Source of the DNA: the human T2T-CHM13v2.0 reference genome, Homo sapiens
Assembly (NCBI RefSeq): GCF_009914755.1
Contig: NC_060936.1
Reading direction: 5' to 3' (one strand)
DNA: 64,000 nucleotides
The notes beneath the pieces are model-generated. The model did no database searches. It saw only the letters and a program-made list of their open reading frames with translations, and was not told the DNA's origin. Of this stretch, positions 56,960 through 64,000 are shown one piece after another. Numbering within the stretch: position 1 is the stretch's first letter; each line of letters starts with the position of its first letter. The translations under genes were made by a program, and so were the position numbers.

Positions 56960-57350
56960 GTAGCAGCTAGGTAACTGGAGAATGCTTTTACTAGTTTTTG
57001 GAGATAGGATTGACAGACCTTGATGCGGGGCAAGGAAAGGGAGAATCCCAAGGATAAGCAACTATGAGAAGAAGGAACCATTGATCAAGATGGGTGGGAA
57101 GATGCAGATGGGATCCAAATGTAATTTTAAGTTTAAGATGCCTGGAAGACATTCAAGTGGCAATGTTAAATGGGCCATTGACCCTGTTGCCCTAAAACTT
57201 GGAGTGGTCTTAGCTAGGCTTTGCCTGACAAGTTGGAATGTGATGAGGGCTTGAATCAAGAGGAGGGTGGTCCAGGTGCCCAGCTGGAGTTTGTAGAACA
57301 TGGAGTCCTGGGGATTGAAGGCCATGTGGTGAGAGGGAAGGTCTGAGTTA
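56960..57350 (-). mobile_element. L2 fragment
   Basis: TAAGTTTAAGATGCCTGGAAGACATTCAAGTGG..ATGTTAA. Confidence 0.55.
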
Positions 57351-58569
57351 CGCTTGAGTAAGGAAGTAGAGTGATATAGCTGGAGAAATGGTGCTGATTG
57401 TCAGGGGCGAGTGTCAAGATGGAGCTCTTAGTGCAAAATTAGAAAATCACAAGTGTACGGAATTAGGAAATTATAAAGTATGGCAAAATTAAGGTAAATG
57501 CTTCAACAGTAAGACTGAAAAATGCCAGGGTGTTAGAATACTATTTATATGCAGTGCTGACTGAATAGTATGTGGGCCAACACGAGAGCTACTGATACAG
57601 TCGCCCGGGTATAAACACTAATTTGATTTTCTAGAAATGTCAATGGGCTTTTCATAATGCAGCCTTGATGCAAGGACGTCCTCATAATCAGCGATACACA
57701 TTTATGAATGTATTGGCCTCTGTTAGGCTGAAGAAAGCAATTTTACCTTCTCTAGAAAGGAACTAAGCTCTTGATCTTGGCCTTATTAATGATACTCTGT
57801 AACAAAATAAGCTAACTCTGATCCTACCAATTTATCAACTGCATGGACAACAATACAGATGTTTGATATCACCAGTGCCCTAGACTTGTATTGATATGTG
57901 AATTATCCAATTGTGATGGAATTCTTAATGAAAACACAGCATGTTCAGACACTGTTGGAAATTGTAATTAGATCTGAAAATATTTTGTCAATCAAAATGA
58001 ATATTGTGTTGTTTCAGCTAAGTGGGAAATTGTGGCAAGGAAGGAAGTGTTTATTTTTAGTTGATGAGTATAGCAAATCTGGCCTTTCAATGTAGGTGTG
58101 TTATATTGTGATATGAGGGATAATTTGGCTGGCTGGCCATGTGATGGCTTGCTAAGTAATTTCAAACTCAGGAGACTGAAGATTTCCATTTCCTTAAAGA
58201 CTAAACAGCTGAGTCTTGGTGTCTTTTCTTTTGAAGAGGCAGTCTCTTAAAGGATAGGTTCTTCCTTCTGATGGGAGTATTTATATATTGAATATAAAAG
58301 CTAGAAATAGCAACCATTGATTATTTTTGGCCTTACTGCTTTCCTGCAAGGTGAATTTCTTAATGCTTTCATCTTTAATGTACAAATATGCTTGCTTTTT
58401 ATTAATGTTTTTCTTTAAACACCTATTTTTTAAAACATCCCTGAAGAGATATTCTCATATGAGAAATTAGTTTCTCATGCTTATAATATAATTTTTTAAA
58501 ATTTTATATTTATAGGGAGCCAAACATTTTATTGTGATTTACCATATTCTCTCACTAGCTGGTCTTTTT

Positions 58570-59290
58570 GGTTCTCTTTGTCAAAGGTTGATGCCACCAT
58601 TCAATCACTTGCCCAAGAATGAAACTGGGCTTCCTTTTTGATATCCACTGTTTCTTACTGTTTAATGTGTTCTAAAATCTGTTTAGTACTCTTCATCTCT
58701 ATAGCCACTACTAAGCCCACTAACTGTCTGCCCTAGATTGTTCTAATAATGGCTTTCTGCTTTGTCTCTACTACCTCTTAACCCATTCTTCCTACTTTGT
58801 CAATGTAATATTGCTAAGCTTAACATATAATGCTACCTCCCTGCTTAAAACATCTTGGTCTTGCCATTAGGATAAAAAACAAATTACTTGGTGTGTGTTA
58901 TATAAATTGTTTCAAGTCCTGATTTCCTATTTATTTAAGAATCTAAAGATTTAAGAATCTTTCTTTCCTTGCATTCTAGGCTCCAGGAATATAGAAACTT
59001 AATTTATGTTCTCAAATATTACATGAGTGTGTGACCCCCAAGCCTTCCTACATGACCTTCCTTTGGTTTAGAACATCCTCTCCCTTCCTGTTAGCCTTCA
59101 ATTGAGATGTTATTATTCAGAGGAAAACGTCTCAGCACTGCAGATAAGGTTAGATGCTCCTACCCATTGTGGCCACTTCAACCATATTGTGACTCTTTTA
59201 ATTATTTATTGCTATTGCATATTTACTCATCTATACCTCCCTATAGACTGTAAATTTCATTAGGCATGAGACCACATCTCTTCTGATAAT
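58570..59290 (+). mobile_element. L2
   Basis: CCACCATTCA..TTGCCCAAG..CCCTGCTTAAAAC..ATAGACTGTAAATTTCAT. Confidence 0.7.
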
Positions 59291-59344
59291 CTATTGCTAT
59301 GTATTTTGGGTTTGTTATGGCAACACCCACTACCAGAAACCAAA

Positions 59345-60557
59345 GTCTGTTCCAATTGCTGTTTTTCAAAAAAACACCTCAAAACGTAGTGGTATAAAAC
59401 TACCAATATTTTGTATGCTCATGGATTACATGTGTTAGGAATTTGGACAGGGCATAGTCCAAATGTAGGCATACATTGCCTCTGTCCCATGGTATCTAAG
59501 GCATTACCCAGAAAACCGAGAAGGGGAGAGGGCTATTTTAATGGCTAGGGGATAAAATCCTCTGAAGGCTTCTTTATGCACATGTCTAATGCCTAGGCTG
59601 GGATAACTTGAAGTCTTAACTGGGGCTTCCAACCAGAGTGCCTACACATGGGCTCTCTCTGGGGTCTGCAGTTATCCAGAGTGTGGTAAAATTGGAATGT
59701 TTAGATTTTTTACTTGGCTATCTCAGGACTCCAAGAGCAAGTCAGAAGAAAGTAGAAGCTAAACAGCTTTTTATGGCCCAGTATAGGAAGTCACCTAGCA
59801 TCACTTCTACTGTACTCTATTGGTCAAAGTCATTGCGTTAGTTTCCTATCATTGCCATTACAAATTAGCAGAAACTTAGTGGCTTAACAAAATGCAAATT
59901 TATTTTCTTACAGTTGTAGAGGCCAGAAATCCAAATAGGTCTCAAGGAGCTCAAATCAAGATATAAGCAAGGCTGTGTTCCTTTTGGAGGGTCTAGCAGA
60001 TAATCTTTTTCCTTGTCTTTTATAACTTCTAAAGATCACCTGTATTCTTTGGCTCATGGCCCCTTCTTCCATCTTCAAAGCCAGCATCATAGCATCTCCA
60101 AATCTCTGACTTCCCTGCCTTCCTGTTTGACTTTAGGGACCCTTGCTATTACGTGGCCCACAGAGTTAATCCAGGATAACGCACCTATCACAAGATCAGT
60201 TGATTAACAACCTTAACCACCTAGACTCTTAATTCCCTCTTGCCATGTAACAAAACATATTCACAGGTTTCAGTGATTAGAACTTGAACATCTTTGGGGA
60301 CCACTGAGGTCAATCTCATCCAGATTGAAGGTGACTCTTAGGAGCAGGGATTAGATTCTGAGACTTGGCCCTTGCACAGAAGGCCCTCACATGCAAGGAC
60401 ACAAACTCGTTGCTCATACAGAGAAAAAATGACCACTATGAAGAGACCAGAGCTCCAGACTGGATCCTTTCTCCACTGAACAAGGCAAGGGGATATAGAC
60501 TCTACTTCTTGATGGGAAGAGAGTCACATAATTTACAAACATATATTAAAACCACCA
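59345..60557 (-). mobile_element. MLT1G/H-like LTR interrupted by MLT1D and an unassigned ~150-bp segment
   Basis: AAAACGTAGTGG..AGGAATTTGGACAGGGCA..CTATTGGTCAAAG | CCAGATTGAAGG | GGGGATATAGACTCTACTTCTTGATGGG. Confidence 0.7.
59834..60304 (-). mobile_element. MLT1D LTR nested in older MLT1
   Basis: TTAGTTTCCTA..GGCTGTGTTCCTT..TCCATCTTCAAAGCCAGCA..TTGCCATGTAACAAAACATATTCACAGGTT. Confidence 0.85.
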
Positions 60558-61009
60558 TGTATATTTTGCTCACATTACTGTACATTTCTGGCACGTTGAC
60601 AAATAGACAATTCATGATTTTAATGCACTTAATATCTGTGTAATGATAGAATTGAATAATGCTAAATATTCTACAGGAAAACCAGAAAAAAATAATGTGA
60701 AAACTAACAGTATAGGAGATACTAAAATGAAGTGTGTACATTTTAATAATTCTAGATTTTTTTTGGTTGCTAGCTCTCTATTTAAACAAGTATACTCAGT
60801 GATTACTAATGAGAAGCAGTGATGTGTCAATGTTAGTATTGTGAACACCCTAGGGAGGCATACTTATGTATATGTTGTGATATCTCTGGGCTATAAAAAG
60901 CTGAAGAAAATAAGAAGTAGAAGGGAATGTGTAATGAATATAACAAATGATAAAAAGAGAGAGGAACCAGAGTGGCAGTAAACACAATGAAGGCTTCAAA
61001 ATAAGTGTG

Positions 61010-61401
61010 AGTTACGGAGCGAATTGTGTCCCCGAAATACATATATTGAAGCTATAAATTCTCAATGTGACTATATTTGGAGTTAATGCTTTTAGGAAAA
61101 TAATTAAGGTTAAATGAGGCCTTAAGGGTGGTGCCCTAATCACATTGTACTGACATCCTCATGACAAGAAAAAGATATACCCGAGATGGATTTCTAAGTG
61201 TGCACAGAGTAAAGGCCATGTGAGGACACAGCGAGAAGGCAGTCATCTACAGGCCAGGAAGAGTGGCCTCATCAGAAACCAGCCCTGATGCCATCTTGAA
61301 CATCAATGCCTAGCCTCCAGTACTATCAGAAAGTAAATTTCTGTTGTTTAAGCTGCCCCATCTGTGATATTTTGTTATGGCAGCCTGAGCAGACTAATAC
61401 A
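61010..61401 (+). mobile_element. MLT1A solo LTR
   Basis: GAATTGTGTCCCC..AATTAAGGTTAAATGAGG..GGCCATGTGAGGACACAGCGAGAAGGC..GCAGACTAATACA; 5-bp TSD GTGTG. Confidence 0.9.
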
Positions 61402-62369
61402 GTGTGCTTAAAAAGTAGATGAATGGTTTGAGTTAAACTTTCCATAGTATTAGTCAATGTCGAGGGCTTCATTAACTGATGATCATACACACAGTTCCTA
61501 CATGGCAGTGCTTGCTTCTTGTTTTTGGGAGTACATGGGAAATATGACCCTCAGAAGTGAGGAACTTTGCATCATGAATGCCACTGATTAGTCACCCAGC
61601 AACAGGTCACTTCATCCAGTTAATGTGGTAGTTCCCATATGTTTGGGCAGGAAAAAAAATCTCATAACTCATTGTTTTTCTTACTTTTGAATTAAAAACT
61701 CATGTGAAAATCCAGTTCTTTTTCTGGTTTTGGCATCTTCTACTAATTAATATTAACTTGAAAAGTGCTTGGAAAACAGCTTGGCTAACTTCAGTCAAAA
61801 GCATGTAAGGAATGTATTCATGGACAGAGATCTGTGGAAGTAGTGGGGTGGTGTCTTCCAGGCAAGAAGACAAGTTATGATAATATTAATGATGTTAAAA
61901 TCCACCTGCTAAAACAAGCCCATTAAATCAAGCAATTATGTAATTTGTATTGATCCAACTATTTAACAGACAGAAAGCTGTTTATTTTTCATTCAAGGAG
62001 AAATCATATTAGAAAACAAAATAAAAATCTTTAGTAATATCTTTGGAACTGATGATATAAGTGAGGATTTTTTTTTTCAAGCATGAAATACTGTGGATAC
62101 TTTAAGCAAATACATGAATTTGAAGCTTATGGTGTAGTTCCCAGGATGAAAGGAATTCTATAAACAAAGCTTCCAATAGACAGGAACCAGGAATATCTAT
62201 GTCGCTCTTGGGAGTAAAATCATTTTAATCATCTCTTTCCTGGCAACTTTATGGAGATAAATGAAGTGAAATGGTTTATTCTGCCCTTGCATCACCCTGC
62301 TTGAATTTCTAAGAGCCAATATTTCAAGTTGCCCCTGCATATTACCTGTATATGAATGGCAAGAGAAAA

Positions 62370-62545
62370 GAACCTAGAGGAAACCTTCAGGAACCCCTTG
62401 GGTAGTGGAAGGGTAGAGTATCTTGATTTACTGTTCCACCAAGATATTACATAGGGAGGGAAAGTGATTTCCTAAAATGAAACTGCATGTTATTAGCAAA
62501 TCAAATGCCTATCAGGCAGCTCCAAGGCAAGATCTATCTACTACA
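62370..62545 (-). mobile_element. MLT1J/K-like LTR end
   Basis: GTGATTTCCTAAAATGAAACT..GTTATTAGC..ATCTATCTACTACA. Confidence 0.45.
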
Positions 62546-62929
62546 TGCATTGTTCTATCTTCATGAATTTAAGGGCTTAAAAGCAGTCTAATTTTGCATA
62601 ATTAGTCCAGTTATTGCGCACAGATTATCTTCCAATGAGTGAACAACTGTAAGTAAAGCTTGTAACAAACTGAATGTGTGCATTAAAACTGCCTTCATAG
62701 TGTTATGATATGCTTAGCAAAATACCTAGCAAATAAAGATTAGATCTTAAAAAATCATTATCTTTGAAATGAAAATCATTTTGGAATTGGTACCAGCTTA
62801 ACAGAATTTGGAGTGAGAACCACAAGAAACTCTTATAAAGATAAACTACATTAAAAAATATCTAATAATAGAAAAATTAGAAAATTTGGTTGCAATCTCA
62901 ACAGATACTATGTTTGCCTTTAAGAAGAC

Positions 62930-63404
62930 ATAGAGTGTTCAAAAATGATAGTAAGCCAATTCAGTGGTGAAAAAATACTATTCAACAAGTGGGGCTGGGA
63001 CAACTAGACAGTCACATGCAAGAGAATGAATTTAGAACCTACTTCATGCAGAAATTATGAAATATACAGAAGTTAACTCAAAATATAGATCTAAATGTAA
63101 AACTTAAAACTACTAAAAGCTTAGAAGAAAACAGGAGTAGATTTTCACAATCTTGGATTAGACAATGGTTTCTTAGGTATGACACCACAAGCACAAACAA
63201 CAAAAGGGGAAAGAGATAAATCGGACTTTATCAAAATTAAAAACTGTGGTGTTCAAAAGGATACTGTCAAGAAAGTGAGCCAACAAACCACAGAATGAGA
63301 GAAAATATTTGCAGTTTATGCATCTCATAAGGGACTTGTACAGGTTATATAAAGAACTCTTATAACTCAATGAAAGGATAAGTAACCCAATTAAAGAATA
63401 GACA
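62930..63404 (+). mobile_element. Old L1M ORF2 fragment
   Basis: TTCAACAAGTGGGGCTGGGACAACT..TTAGAAGAAAACAGGAG..GAGAAAATATTTGCA; cut off by the L1PA insertion. Confidence 0.85.
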
Positions 63405-63405
63405 T

Positions 63406-64000
63406 GAGGCTGGCAAGATGGCTGAATAGGAACAGCTCTGGTCTGCAGCTCCCAGTGAGATCAATGCAGAAGGTGGATGATTTCTACATTTCCAAATAGG
63501 GTCCCGGTTCATCTCATTGGGACTAGTTGGACAGTGGGTGCAGCCCATGGAGGGCAAGCCAAAGCAGGGTGAGGCATCACCTCACCCAGGAAGCTCTTGG
63601 GATTGGGGAATTTTCTCCACTACCCAAGGGAAGCCGTGACACAACTGAGCCTGAAGAACTCTGGCACAGATACTGAGCTTGCCCCATGGTTTTCGCAACC
63701 TGCAAACGAAGAGATTCCCTCCATTGCCTACCCCACCCGGGCCCTGGGTTTCAAGCACAAAACTGGGCGGCCATCTGGGCAGACACCGAACTAGCCACAG
63801 GAGTTCTTTTTTTCCATACCCCAGTGGCACCTGGAATGCCAGTGAGACAGAACTGTTCACTCCCCTGGAAAGGGGTGCTGAAGCCAGGGAGCCAAGTGAT
63901 CTGGCTCGGCAGATCCCACCCCCACAGAGCCCAGCAAGCTAAGATCTACTGGCTTGAAATTCTCGCTGCCAACATAGCAGCAGTCTGAGATTGACCTGGG
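63406..64000 (+). mobile_element. 5'UTR of an L1PA7/8-like LINE-1 (continues beyond window)
   Basis: CAAGATGGCTGAATAGGAACAGCTCTGGTCTGCAGCTCCCAG..; preceded by TT|AAAGAATAGAC target site. Confidence 0.92.
63414..63422 (+). promoter_or_regulatory. L1 5'-terminal YY1 site
   Basis: CAAGATGGC at the L1 5' end. Confidence 0.7.

Noticed and set aside
58452-58478. Overlapping palindromes TTCTCATATGAGAA / ATGAGAAA..TTTCTCAT
   Set aside because: Short AT-rich stems expected by chance in 64 kb
60345-60428. U6 snRNA pseudogene (GATTAG, GGCCCTTGC, GCAAGGA, ATACAGAGAA words)
   Set aside because: Matches are short, gapped and out of order relative to U6

Overview
AT-rich, CpG-poor primate genomic DNA, very probably human: a near-consensus AluYa5 with all five diagnostic bases lies at 54805-55116. 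The window looks intronic or intergenic. I see no CpG island, no recognisable cellular protein-coding gene and no rRNA/tRNA gene. Most of it is a fossil record of transposable elements: a nearly full-length, disabled L1PA5-like LINE-1 (1-5389), a 5'-inverted L1PA insertion, older L1MA/L1MC/L1M pieces, the 5' end of another L1PA (63406-64000), eight Alu dimers plus one FLAM monomer, MaLR/ERVL solo LTRs, hAT MITEs (MER1B, MER5, MER20, MER33, MER45A, MER53, MER102) and many MIR/L2 relics. Almost every long ORF in the track is an L1, Alu or LTR fragment, or low-complexity noise. I found no convincing new multi-gene system. The best leads are: (i) a 30-nt frame-preserving microexon candidate (54580-54609) with SRRM4- and RBFOX-type motifs, ~200 nt upstream of the young antisense AluYa5; (ii) a three-armed 20-bp inverted-repeat structure at an L2 tail (45384-45464); (iii) a 43-bp minisatellite built from an L2/MIR junction; (iv) tandem repeats seeded from Alu target-site duplications. 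Subfamily names come from my recollection of consensus sequences and boundaries of old elements are approximate; RepeatMasker/Dfam should confirm them.
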